From an uncultured Actinomycetes bacterium (GTDB lineage Bacteria > Actinomycetota > UBA4738 > HRBIN12): DNA of 64,000 nucleotides. A program made the translations under genes and the position numbers. The notes beneath the pieces are model-generated. The model did not search any database. It saw only the letters and a program-made list of their open reading frames with translations, and was not told where the DNA came from. Where the stretch lies: the NCBI GenBank assembly GCA_963704885.1, contig CAVPIB010000004.1, forward strand, positions 736,001 to 800,000, written 5' to 3'. Position 1 is the first letter of the stretch, and each line of letters begins with the position of its first letter. Positions 38,865 to 49,092 of the stretch are shown piece after piece.

Positions 38865-40074
38865 GAGGAGGCCGATACCGACTCAGCCGCCGCGGCCGCG
38901 CGGGCGGTCGAGCGCGGATCAGGTCCTTGCGTTCGCGCGGGCCTTGATCGCCGCGCCCAGCGAGAACCCCGGCGGCACCGAGGACGAGGCAGCGGCCGTA
39001 GCGTCGGACATCCTCACCGAGCTAGGTGCCAACCCTCGCACGATCCGTAGTGTTGAGGGCCGGCCGAGCGTCGTCGCCTCGCTCGGGACCGATCCCCGCC
39101 CCTCCCTTGCCTGGAACGGACACCTCGACGTGGTTCCCGCCGGAGACCCGTCCAACTGGTCCCACGATCCGTGGGCCGGCGATGTCGCGGATGGCCGGCT
39201 GATCGGGCGCGGAGCGGCCGACATGAAGGGACCGATCGCGGCGGCGCTCGCGGCGGCGGCGGCCGTCGGCCGGGCCGGCCTGGAGCTGGCCGGCACGCTC
39301 ACCTTCCATCTGGCGGCCGACGAAGAGCTCGCCGGCATCCACGGGACCAAGGTGCTCTGGGAGCAGGGCCTGCTGAACCAGGATGCATGCGTGGTCGGCG
39401 AACCGAGCGATCTGTCGATCGGGCTGGCCGAGCGCGGCGGGGCGTGGATCACCGCCACGGCCCGCGGGAAGGCTGCCCACGGGTCGCAGCCTCACCTGGG
39501 CGTGAACGCGATCACTTCGATGGCGCATCTCCTGCTCCGGCTACCAGAGGTACTGCCGGACATCGAGCATCCACTGGTCGGACGCCCGACGGTGAATGCC
39601 GCCCTGATCGCCGGAGGCAGCGCGCCCAACGTGGTGCCGGACGGCTGCGAGGTGGACATCGACCGCCGGACCATCCCAGGCGAAACCGACCCCGCTCTGG
39701 TACTCGCGCCGTTCGACCGCCTGGGCGCGGCCATCCGATCGGAGCATCCCCAGGTCGACCTGACGTTCAAGATGCGCGAATGGACCGACGCGGCCGAGGC
39801 ACCCAGGGACTCGGCGATCGCCGATGTGGCACGGGCGGCCGTTGCAGCGGAGCGTGGCGCCCCGATCACCGACGTGGGGTTCACGGGCATCACCGACGCG
39901 CGCTTCTACATCAACCAGGCCGCCATCCCCACCGTGATCCTTGGTCCCGGCTCGTTGTCGGTCGCCCACACCGCGAACGAATGGGTCGCGGTGGACGACC
40001 TGGTGAGTGCGGCCCGGATCTACGCACGGATGTTCGTGACCTTCCTCGGGGCTGCCCGCCGGCCGAACGCGTAG
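38859..40074 (+). CDS. M20 metallopeptidase (ArgE/DapE family); apparent +1 frameshift at about 38916
   Basis: NGHLDVVP, GRGAADMKG, DEE, GEPS and HTANE motifs. Removing one G joins ...AVER to DQVLAFARALIAAPS. Confidence 0.88.
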
Positions 40075-40093
40075 CTGAGGGTATCCTGGTGCC

Positions 40094-40444
40094 ATGGACG
40101 CCATGACCTCCGAGGACGTCATCGCCGTGACGGACAAGGCCGCTCGCAAGGCGCGCCAGCTCGCCGCCAAGGATGGGCGTCCCGACGCGGCACTCCGCGT
40201 GCGGGTCCTGGCCGGCGGATGCTCGGGCTTCACCTACGAGCTGTCGTTCGCCGAGGGCCCCGATCAAGGCGACGCCGTGATCTCCGGACCTGACGGCTTC
40301 CGGGTTCTGGTCGATCCGGTCAGTCAGCCGATCGTGCGTGGTTCCACGCTCGACTTCGACGAAGCCTTGATGGGCGGTGGCCTGAAGATGCTGAACCCGC
40401 AGGCGAAGCACGAGTGCGCCTGTGGCGATTCGTTCAGCATCTAG
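40094..40444 (+). CDS. HesB/IscA-type Fe-S cluster carrier
   Basis: GGCSGFTY and CACGDSF motifs. Confidence 0.93.
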   Translation: MDAMTSEDVIAVTDKAARKARQLAAKDGRPDAALRVRVLAGGCSGFTYELSFAEGPDQGDAVISGPDGFRVLVDPVSQPIVRGSTLDFDEALMGGGLKMLNPQAKHECACGDSFSI

Positions 40445-40459
40445 CTTCCGAGCCACGCG

Positions 40460-40820
40460 TCACGAAACCGTCAGGGTCCCCTTCATCGTTTCCGGGTGGT
40501 ACTCGCAGTGGAACCCGATCGTCTCGGTCGCATCGAACGTCAGCGTGGCGGACTCGCCGGCCTCTACGTCCTGACCGGCGCTGTCATCGTCCAGGGTGAA
40601 GCTGTGCTCCACCGCACCAGTGTTGGTGATGGTGATCGTGTGCTCGCCAGACGACACCTCGAGCGTGGCCGGATCGAATGCGAAGTCCTCGACCGTGATC
40701 GCCAGATCCGACGTCGCGCCGTCGCCGCTTCCGGCCTCGTCATCACCGCTCGCAGGCGACGCCCACGAGCGTCAGCGCCAGTAGCGCACCACCGATACCG
40801 ATCCACCGCCGTCCTCGCAT
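40460..40820 (-). CDS. cupredoxin-domain lipoprotein; apparent +1 frameshift at about 40751
   Basis: Signal peptide with lipobox VGVAC, then FAFDPATL, HSF and CEYHPETM type-1 Cu ligands. Removing one base gives VAC-SGDDEAG. Confidence 0.83.
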
Positions 40821-40908
40821 TTCACCCACCCTGGTCTCGTGATCGCCGGTACTACGTGCGGGCGGGCGCTGCGGTTCGCGGATCGGACCCGACATATACT
40901 CAGGCTTG

Positions 40909-42036
40909 ATGCCCTCCTCGGCGGACAAGACTCAGTGGCACGACCTGTACCACGAGGTCGTGATGACCGGGATCTGCACGGGCTGCACGGCATGCATCGT
41001 TGCCTGTCCCTTCCACGTGCTGGACTACGAGAACGACGTCCCGGTCCAGTTGCAGGAGGAGGGCGTGGACCAGTGCTCGCACGGCGAGAAGGGCTGCGAT
41101 ATCTGCACGCGCGCCTGCCCGCGGTTCCGCGATTGGGAGGGCGAGATCGATCAGACCCTCTTCGGCATGACGCGGAAGCCGGAAGACGTGATAGGTCAGT
41201 ACCACGAGATCTGGTTGGCCCGCGCCACCGACGCGCCATCACTCGCGCAAGGACAGGACGGCGGGGTCGTCTCTGCCCTGCTGATCTGGGGTCTCGCCAA
41301 CAACGAGATAGACGGGGCCTGCACATCCAAGCTCTCCGACGACCAGCCGTGGGGCGCGGAGCCGACCGTCGTGACCGACGCGCAAGGAGTGCTGGACACC
41401 GCGGGCTCTCGCTACACCTACTCCGCCAATCCCCTCGCGCTGATCAAGGCGGCCGAGTTCGGCTTGTCCAAGGTGGCGCTCGTTGGGATGAGCTGCCAGG
41501 CGTCGGTCACCGGCGCCATGGAGGCACGCCGTGTGAACAAGTGGCGGAAGAAGATCGCGTGGACCTTCGGCTTGCTCTGCTCGAAGTCGTTCACGTACGA
41601 CGGACTAATGGTCGAGATCGCGCAGAACCAGCTGGGCCTTGACCTGGATCACCTGGCACGCGTGAACGTGAAGGGCAAGCTCTTGTTCTACACGGATACC
41701 GGCGACGAGCACACGTACTCATTGAAGGCTGCGCACGAGTTCACACGACCTGGGTGCCTGCGCTGTCCGGACTTCGCGGCGGAGCACGCCGACATCTCTT
41801 TCGGTGGCCTGGGCCAGTCGGAGGGCTGGACCCTCACGATCGTGCGAACCGACCGAGGGCTCGACATCTGGAACAGGGCGGTCGCCGACGGCGTGGTCGA
41901 GGCCCGGCCGGCCTCGGAGGATCCCAAGGCCGTGGAACTCATGTTCAAGCTGGCCGCCAGGTCCCGCGATCGCTGGCCGGACACGGCCGGAACACGAACG
42001 GACCCCTCCCCCGGCCTGGTCCCCGACCCCGCCTGA
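40909..42036 (+). CDS. FrhB/FdhB (F420-binding beta-subunit family) Fe-S flavoprotein with N-terminal ferredoxin motifs
   Basis: CTGCTACIVACP, GCDICTRACP, GQDGGVVSALL, AGSRY, VGMSCQ, GLLC and GCLRCPDF...ADISFG motifs. Confidence 0.9.
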   Translation: MPSSADKTQWHDLYHEVVMTGICTGCTACIVACPFHVLDYENDVPVQLQEEGVDQCSHGEKGCDICTRACPRFRDWEGEIDQTLFGMTRKPEDVIGQYHEIWLARATDAPSLAQGQDGGVVSALLIWGLANNEIDGACTSKLSDDQPWGAEPTVVTDAQGVLDTAGSRYTYSANPLALIKAAEFGLSKVALVGMSCQASVTGAMEARRVNKWRKKIAWTFGLLCSKSFTYDGLMVEIAQNQLGLDLDHLARVNVKGKLLFYTDTGDEHTYSLKAAHEFTRPGCLRCPDFAAEHADISFGGLGQSEGWTLTIVRTDRGLDIWNRAVADGVVEARPASEDPKAVELMFKLAARSRDRWPDTAGTRTDPSPGLVPDPA

Positions 42037-42147
42037 CCAGCGCTTCCGTAGGCAGATTCACGCCCGGCGGTTCCTCGCCGATACAACAGTCAGGACCCGA
42101 ACTCGGGCATGCCTCCGCACGATCGGGGGTCGGGGGAGGAAAGACGA

Positions 42148-45026
42148 GTGGTGGACACAGCTGAAGCGAACACGCCGGGCCTCGGGGCTGCGGCGTGACG
42201 CGATCCTCGAGGCGGTGGCGTTCGCCGCGGAGCAGCTGTTGCTCTCCGCGGACTGGAGTGACGCCGCCGAGGGAGTGCTTGCCCGCTTGGGGGTCTCCGC
42301 GGGCGTCTCTCGCGCCTACATCATGCGCAGCGTCGTTATCGAGGGCCGGGACTGTGTGGAGCAGCTCGCGGAATGGTGCGCGCCCGGCATCTCGTCTCAG
42401 TTCGCGAACCCCGACCTGGCGGGTGGACCGTGGGAGGACCTCGGGTTCGATCGATGGGTGGAGCTGCTACGCCACGGTGAGCTGATCCAGTCGCGCGTGC
42501 AGGATCTCCCGCTCGTGGAGCGAGCCGAACTCCAGAGCCAAGACATCTTGTCGATCGCGGTATTCCCGGTCGCCGTCGACGGCGGATGGTGGGGGCTTAT
42601 CGGGTTCGACGACTGCGAGGAAGCGCGAGACTGGTCGGGAGCCGAACTGGACGCCCTCCGCGCCGCCGCCACGGTGCTCGGCGCCGCGATCCACCGCGAT
42701 CGTGCGGGAGAACGAGCCCTGGCGAACGAGACCGAGTACCGGGCATTCGTGGAACAGATCCCGGCCGTGACATACACGGACGTCTTGATCGACGGCCGGG
42801 CGCAGATCGACTACATCAGCCCGCAGGTCGAGATCCTGCTGGGATACCCGCGCCAGGCGTTCCGAGACGATCCCGACTTCTGGTTCTCGATCGTCCACCC
42901 CGACGACCGCGAACGGATCGAGCGAGCCGCCTCACAGGAACATGCGGAGTTCGACACCGAGTACCGCATGATCGCGGCCGACGGCCGGGTCGTATGGGTC
43001 CACGACATGTCGGCCGCGATAGTCGACGACGGGGGCGAAACCACCGCATGGCAGGGATTCCTGGTGGATGTCACCGCTCGCCGCCAGGCCGAGGAGCGGT
43101 TCATCGAGAGCGAGCAGCGCTACCGGGCTCTGGTCGAGAACATCCCCGTGGTCGTCTACGCGGAGGCTCCCCGCAGCGTGGGGGGGCCGATGTACCTGAG
43201 CCCGCAGGTCGAGCAGGTCTTCGGATACGAGCCGGACACCTGGACCCAGACGCCCGGATTCTGGCGATCCCACGTGCATCCCGACGACCTCGAGCGGGTG
43301 CTCGCGGTGGACGCCGAGACCGACCGCACGCTCGAACCCTACTGCGTCGAGTACCGCTTCCGGGTCGCCGACGGCTCGTACCGCTGGATCCACGACGAAG
43401 CAGCGATGGTCCGCGACGAGGACGGCGCTCCGCTCTTCTGGCAGGGCGTGTTCATGGACATCACGTCGAGGAAGGGAGCCGAGGACCGGCTGCGCTCGGC
43501 CGAGGAACGCTACCGTGTGCTCGTCGAGCACATCCCAGCCGTCGTCTACGTGGAGCGTCAGGACGGTGATCCGGACGCCTTCTACATCAGTCCGCAGGTG
43601 GAACACGCCTTCGGGTACCCGGCCGAGGAATGGCGCCTGACCGACGACTTCTGGATCGATCATGTTCACCCTGATGACCGCCAGATGGTCGAGGCCGCCG
43701 ACGAGCGAACGAACGAGGAGTTGCGGACCTTCTCCCTGGACTACCGGTTCAAGGCGGCCGACGGTACCTGGCGGTGGGTCCACGACGAAGCGCTCGCCCT
43801 GAGGGAGGCAGACGGCACCGGCTACTGGCAGGGATTCATGCTCGACATCACCGAACGCAAGGAGGTCGAGGATCAGCTGCGGGAGGCCGAGCTCAAGTTC
43901 CGTACCATCGTGGAACAGAGCCAGGCCGTCTTCTACACGCGAGAGATCGATCCGAACGACCCAGCGCTGTCCCACACCACGTACATCGCGCCCGGGAACA
44001 CCGAGCTTGGTCGGCTACACCCTCGAGGATATCGAGCAGGATCCGGGTCTATGGCGCAGGATCGTTCACCCCGAGGATCGCGAGCGCGTGCTCGCGGCCG
44101 ACGCCGCCGGCAACACGGACGGTAGCGACGACTTCTCCTTGGAGTTCCGGATGATCCGAAAGGACGGGCGGATCGTGTGGGTCCAGGACGAGGCGACGCT
44201 CGTGCGGATACCCGGGAAGGCGCCTTACTGGCAGGGGTTCATGCTAGACGTGACCGAGCGCAAGCTCGCGGAGGAACAGCTGGCTCGCGCACTCGACGTG
44301 GAACGGGAGGCCGCGCAGCGACTCAGATCCGTCGACGAGCTGAAGAACACGTTCCTCCAGGCGGTCTCCCACGACCTTCGGACCCCGCTCGCAGCGATCC
44401 TGGGCCTGGCGATCACGCTCGAGCGCGGTGACATCCACCTGGCGGAGGACGACGCGCGGGACCTCGCCAGGCGGATCGCCGACAACGCCCGCAAGCTGGA
44501 ACGGATGGTCACCAACCTCCTGGACATGGATCGACTGGCCCGCGGCATCGTCTCGCCCAAGCTGGGCGCCACCGATGTCGGCGAGCTGGTCCGGCGGGTG
44601 GTGGCCGAGTCCGACATGATCGAGCCCTCGCGCGTGACGGTCGATACGGATCCCGTAACGATCGAGGTGGACGCCGCGAAGATCGAGCGGATCGTCGAGA
44701 ACCTGTTGGCGAACACGGCGCGGCACACCCCGTCGAACGCACACGTTTGGGTTAGCGTTCGGCGCTACGAAGGTGGCGCTCTCATCGTCGTTGAGGACAG
44801 CGGTGTGGGAGTGCCCCCCGAGCTACGCGAAACGATCTTCGAGCCGTTCCGGCAGGGTCCCGAGGCGCCCCAGCACTCGCCCGGCGTGGGCGTGGGCCTC
44901 ACGCTGGTGCGGCGATTCGCCGAGCTCCACGGCGGACGCGCGTGGATCGAAGAGCGCGAGGGCGGAGGCGCGTCGTTCAGGGTATTCCTACCCCCTGGCG
45001 GACCCGAGGCAGCTGAGATCGCCTAA
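42148..45026 (+). CDS. soluble GAF-4xPAS sensor histidine kinase; apparent +1 frameshifts at about 42180 and 44007
   Basis: GGAGGA SD before GTG 42148. GAF (GLIGFDDC), four PAS/PAC units (HPDD/HPED), SHDLRTPL, ENLLAN, DSGVG and GVGLTL. No TM helix seen. Confidence 0.88.
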
Positions 45027-45054
45027 GTGCCAGCGGAGCGAGTGGGGCCAAGTC

Positions 45055-45381
45055 TCAGAGGGCGGCCCAGCCGGCCACGATCGGGTGATCGACCGCAGCG
45101 GGCCCAACCTGGGCGGCACCGCCCGGCGAACCGAGACCGCTGACGTCGTCGTTGAAGAACTCGGCGTTGATCGGAGTGAACTGCTTCCACTCGGCCGGGA
45201 CGTCGTCCTCGTAGAAGATCGCGGTCACCGGGCAGGCCGGCTCGCAGGCGCCGCAGTCGACGCACTCGTCGGGCTGGATGTAGAGCATCCGGGGACCTTC
45301 GTAGATGCAATCGACCGGACACTCGTCGACGCACGCGCGGTCCAACACGTCGATGCAAGGCTCTGCGATCGTGTAGGTCAT
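45055..45381 (-). CDS. fdxA: 7Fe ferredoxin
   Basis: MTYTIAEPCIDVLDRACVDECPVDCIY...CVDCGACEPACPV, the actinobacterial FdxA pattern. Confidence 0.93.
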   Translation of the reverse strand: MTYTIAEPCIDVLDRACVDECPVDCIYEGPRMLYIQPDECVDCGACEPACPVTAIFYEDDVPAEWKQFTPINAEFFNDDVSGLGSPGGAAQVGPAAVDHPIVAGWAAL

Positions 45382-45464
45382 CCGATTTACCCCTTTTCCA
45401 CGGTGTCGGCCTAACAAACCCAAGTGTACGGGATGCGAAGCGTCCTGCAACCTCCCGCCCGCGG

Positions 45465-46424
45465 TCAGTCCGGGGCCAGGGCGCGCAGGGTCTGGGCGGC
45501 AGATCCGGCGGGATCTTCCGACGTCACGACCGGGTACACCACGGGCAGGTCGGCGCCCGCGTCGCGGAACGCCTTCAGGCGCGCCCTGGCGCCGGCGACG
45601 TCACCGCTCAAGCAGATCTGGCGGATCAAAGCCTCGGGAACATCCTCGGGACGCCCTGCCGTGAAGGCGGTGGCGGCGGCTCTCGCCAGATCGCCGAGCC
45701 CCATCGATGCGTACTGCCGCGCGTACGCAGGGAAGGACGCATACTCCCCGATCGCGGCCTGCAAGGCGCCGAACGCGGCAGCCTCGTCGGATCCCAAGCT
45801 GGCGCGAACGTAGACGGCGATCGTGACCCTGGCCGGATCGCGACCGGCGGCCTCGGCGGCCTCACGCACCTCGGCGCGCGCCGTAGCCACGCGTTCGGGG
45901 ATGCAGCAGTTGAGCAGGACCCCGTCGGCGATCTCCCCGGCCAACCTGACGGCTCTGGGCCCGAGTGCCGAGATCCAGATCGAGACCGGGTGCTCCGGCA
46001 CGAGCGACAGCTGCCGCGTCCGGCCATCGATCTGAACCGACTCGCCCGCGAACAGCCTCCGAAGAAGTGCGATCAGCTCCCGCAGGCGACCGAGCGCCCC
46101 TGCCACCGCCGGACCGGTTCCCAAGCCGAGGAGCAGGCGTCCGCCGGAGCGTTCTTGGACGCTCGCGGCCGCCATGGCGCTGAGCATCGGACTCCGGGAG
46201 GTCATGGGGATGATGCCGGAGCCGAGCAGGAGCCGGTCGGTGGACCCGGCCAGAGCGCCCAGGGCAACCAGGGCATCCCGACCGAAGATCTCCGGCAAGA
46301 AGACGGCCGTGTATCCCTTGGACTCACACTCCACCACCAAGCCCTCGAACGTCTCCCAAGGGAGCGGATCGCGGAGCGCGAACCCTGTGTCTCGTAGTTG
46401 TCGAGCGTCTGTCACGGCTGACAT
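45465..46424 (-). CDS. LLM class flavin/F420-dependent oxidoreductase
   Basis: SGGRLLLGLG and ALGPRAVRLAGEIADGV motifs. Start may be GTG 46415. Confidence 0.87.
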   Translation of the reverse strand: MSAVTDARQLRDTGFALRDPLPWETFEGLVVECESKGYTAVFLPEIFGRDALVALGALAGSTDRLLLGSGIIPMTSRSPMLSAMAAASVQERSGGRLLLGLGTGPAVAGALGRLRELIALLRRLFAGESVQIDGRTRQLSLVPEHPVSIWISALGPRAVRLAGEIADGVLLNCCIPERVATARAEVREAAEAAGRDPARVTIAVYVRASLGSDEAAAFGALQAAIGEYASFPAYARQYASMGLGDLARAAATAFTAGRPEDVPEALIRQICLSGDVAGARARLKAFRDAGADLPVVYPVVTSEDPAGSAAQTLRALAPD

Positions 46425-46434
46425 GGTGCCACGT

Positions 46435-47097
46435 GTGGAACCGATCACGTTCTCGACCGCGGATGCCGTTCGGCTGGAGGGAGAGATCCGGCTCCCCGAA
46501 GGCGCCACGCGTGGTTCGGCCGTGGTGTGCCATCCACATCCGCGACACGGCGGGAGCAAGGACCACCCCATCCTGTGGGCCGTCCGCAACGAGCTCTCTC
46601 ACCGAGGTCTCGCGGTGCTCGGGTTCAACTTCCGTGGTGTCATGGGTTCCGAAGGGACGTATGGGGGCGGACATGCCGAGATCCGCGACACGCACGCTGC
46701 CGTAGGGCGGATCAGGCAGGAGGCACCGGATCTGCCGACCGTGGTCTGCGGATGGTCGTTCGGTGCGAACGTGGCGTTGAGGGAGGCGCTCGACGACGAT
46801 CGCGTCGCAGCCCTGGCGTTGATCGGCATGCCGCTGCGGCCCGGTGACGTCGAGCTTCCGGCCCCGCCTCAGGCGGACGCGCTCGGCGCGCTCGGTGTGC
46901 CGGTGCTCCTACTGGCGGGCGAGCGCGATGAGTTCTGTCCGAGCGAGGACCTGCGGGCCTTCGGCGATCGCTTCCGGGCGGCTCGGGTGGAGATCCTCGC
47001 GGACACGGACCATTTCCTGTGGCGTCACGAGCGCAAAGCCGCGGCCCTGATCGGCGGGTTCGTCGACTCCGTTCTTGGCGGACCAGCGTCGGGTTAG
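46435..47097 (+). CDS. alpha/beta hydrolase
   Basis: CHPHPRHGG, FNFRG, GWSFGA, GERDE and DHF catalytic-triad motifs. Confidence 0.9.
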   Translation: MEPITFSTADAVRLEGEIRLPEGATRGSAVVCHPHPRHGGSKDHPILWAVRNELSHRGLAVLGFNFRGVMGSEGTYGGGHAEIRDTHAAVGRIRQEAPDLPTVVCGWSFGANVALREALDDDRVAALALIGMPLRPGDVELPAPPQADALGALGVPVLLLAGERDEFCPSEDLRAFGDRFRAARVEILADTDHFLWRHERKAAALIGGFVDSVLGGPASG

Positions 47098-47465
47098 ACC
47101 GGCCCTTCGCGCTTGGCGTGCCCGTTGGAACGAGGATCCATGGTCTGTGGCTTCGATCTGGACCCCCACACGAAAGGCATGAACAGGAGGACGCCGCCGA
47201 AGAACCCGGGCCACACCAGCCAGCCCAGCAGGACGCAAGCTGTTGAGATGCCCACCCAGATCCAGGGAGTGGACCACCAGGGGCGAGGGACGGGCTGGGC
47301 GTCGCGTGGCGGCGTAACGATGTCGGGCTCGACCAGTCGTGCAGCGCGGCGCATCGCCGCTCGGTCCATACGCCATCGGCGACGCAGCAGCAGCACGGAC
47401 CCGATGGACAGCGCCGCCAGGACCACGAAAGGCAGGGCGACGTAGAGCAGATCCCCGCGATCCAC
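47094..47465 (-). CDS. hypothetical membrane protein
   Basis: Two to three hydrophobic segments. TACGCT -10 box 6 nt before the GTG. Confidence 0.65.
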   Translation of the reverse strand: MDRGDLLYVALPFVVLAALSIGSVLLLRRRWRMDRAAMRRAARLVEPDIVTPPRDAQPVPRPWWSTPWIWVGISTACVLLGWLVWPGFFGGVLLFMPFVWGSRSKPQTMDPRSNGHAKREGPV

Positions 47466-47492
47466 GACCTCAGCGTACGCCGGGCGTGAGGC

Positions 47493-47609
47493 TCAACGCT
47501 TCCCGGTCTGGCGCCATCGGTCGCCCCAGGTGGACCACGAGCGGACCATCCGGGCGATGGCGAGAACCGCCAGCGCCAGCAACGCGAGGACGCCGAGCCA
47601 GACGGCCAT
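47493..47609 (-). CDS. putative 38-aa single-TM small protein
   Basis: MAVWLGVLALLALAVLAIARMVRSWSTWGDRWRQTGKR, starting 4 nt after the ALDH stop and filling the gap. Not in the ORF track. Confidence 0.5.
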   Translation of the reverse strand: MAVWLGVLALLALAVLAIARMVRSWSTWGDRWRQTGKR

Positions 47610-47613
47610 CGAT

Positions 47614-49041
47614 CTACAGCGGCACGTGGGACATGACCATGATCCGCTGCTCGGTCATCTCTTCCATCGCGAAGCGCAGACCCTCACGGCCGAAGCCGCT
47701 CTCCTTGGACCCTCCGTAAGGCATCTGGTCCGCACGGAACGCCGAGACATCGTTGATGATCACGCCGCCGACCTCGAGCGTCCGGTGCGCCTCGAACGCG
47801 CGGTTGATGTCGTTCGTGAAGACGCCGGCCTGCAGGCCGTACTTCGAGTCGTTCACGACCGCCAATGCCTCTTCGAACGTCTGGTACGGGCTGATCGTGA
47901 CGACCGGGCCGAAGATCTCTTCCTTGCAGACCTTCATCTCGGGGTTCACCTCTGACAGCAGCGTCGGTGAGAAGAACGGTCCCTCGCCGGTGCCCCCGGT
48001 AAGGAGCTCCGCGCCCTGCGAGACGGCCTCGGAGACCCACTCGCCGATCCGTGTGACCTCGCCTTTGTCGATCACCGGTCCCACGTCCACCGTCGGATCC
48101 ATGGGGTCGCCGACCTTCAGGCTCTCGACCTGCTTGACCAAGCGCGTCGTGAACTCGTCGTAGACCTCGCTCGCGACCAGGACGCGTTGGACGCTGATGC
48201 AGCTCTGCCCGGCCTGGTAGTAGCCGCCGAACGCGATGCGCGCGGCCGCATTGTCCAGGTCGGCGTCGGAGTGCACGATCACGCCGGCGTTGCCGCCGAG
48301 CTCGAGCGTCACCCGCTTCTTCGGGTCCAGGCTCTTCAGGTACCAGCCGATATCTGCAGAACCGGTGAACGAGATCTTCCGATAACGCTCGTCCCGCGCC
48401 ATGCCGTCGGCGACCTTCGAACGAACGGGGAGAACCTGGTACATCCCCTTCGGCAGGTCGGTCTCGGCGAAGAACTCAGCCAGGCGCAACGCGCCCACCG
48501 GCGTGGCGGACGCGGGCTTGACCACGATCGGGGCACCGACCGCGAGCGAGGGCGCCACCTTGTGGGCCACCAGGTTCAGCGGGAAGTTGAACGGGGTGAT
48601 GCCCAGCACCGGGCCGATCGGGAACCGCCGCAGCAGACCGATACGGGACCCGAGCGCGGCCTCGGTATCCAGGCGCATCAGCTCGTCGTCGCCGTGGCGG
48701 ATCACCTCGGATGCCCAGCGGAACGTGGAGACGGCCCGAGTCGCTTCGACCTTCGCCCACTTGAGCGGCTTGCCACCCTCGCGCGCGATCAGCTCGGCGT
48801 TCTCGTCGATCGTCTCGGACAGGCGCTTTGAGATGTGATCGAGAGCCTCTGAGCGCGCGTGCACCGGCAGGTGCTGCGAGGTCTTGAAGGTCTCGTGTGC
48901 CGTGGCCGCGGCCTCCTCGACATCGGCCTCGGTGGGGACGCCGATCTCGGCCACGACGCTGTCGTCGAACGGACTCTTGACCTCGAACGTGCCTTCGCCG
49001 GTCCGCCAGTCGCCGTTCACCAGGAATGGTCTCACCTCCAT
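47614..49041 (-). CDS. NAD(P)-dependent aldehyde dehydrogenase
   Basis: ITPFNFP, SFTGS, LELGGN, GQSCIS and EEIFGPV motifs. Confidence 0.94.
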   Translation of the reverse strand: MEVRPFLVNGDWRTGEGTFEVKSPFDDSVVAEIGVPTEADVEEAAATAHETFKTSQHLPVHARSEALDHISKRLSETIDENAELIAREGGKPLKWAKVEATRAVSTFRWASEVIRHGDDELMRLDTEAALGSRIGLLRRFPIGPVLGITPFNFPLNLVAHKVAPSLAVGAPIVVKPASATPVGALRLAEFFAETDLPKGMYQVLPVRSKVADGMARDERYRKISFTGSADIGWYLKSLDPKKRVTLELGGNAGVIVHSDADLDNAAARIAFGGYYQAGQSCISVQRVLVASEVYDEFTTRLVKQVESLKVGDPMDPTVDVGPVIDKGEVTRIGEWVSEAVSQGAELLTGGTGEGPFFSPTLLSEVNPEMKVCKEEIFGPVVTISPYQTFEEALAVVNDSKYGLQAGVFTNDINRAFEAHRTLEVGGVIINDVSAFRADQMPYGGSKESGFGREGLRFAMEEMTEQRIMVMSHVPL

Positions 49042-49092
49042 GCTGCCCTCACACCTCCGTCCGTACGGCCGACTATTCTGGCTCAGACTAGA

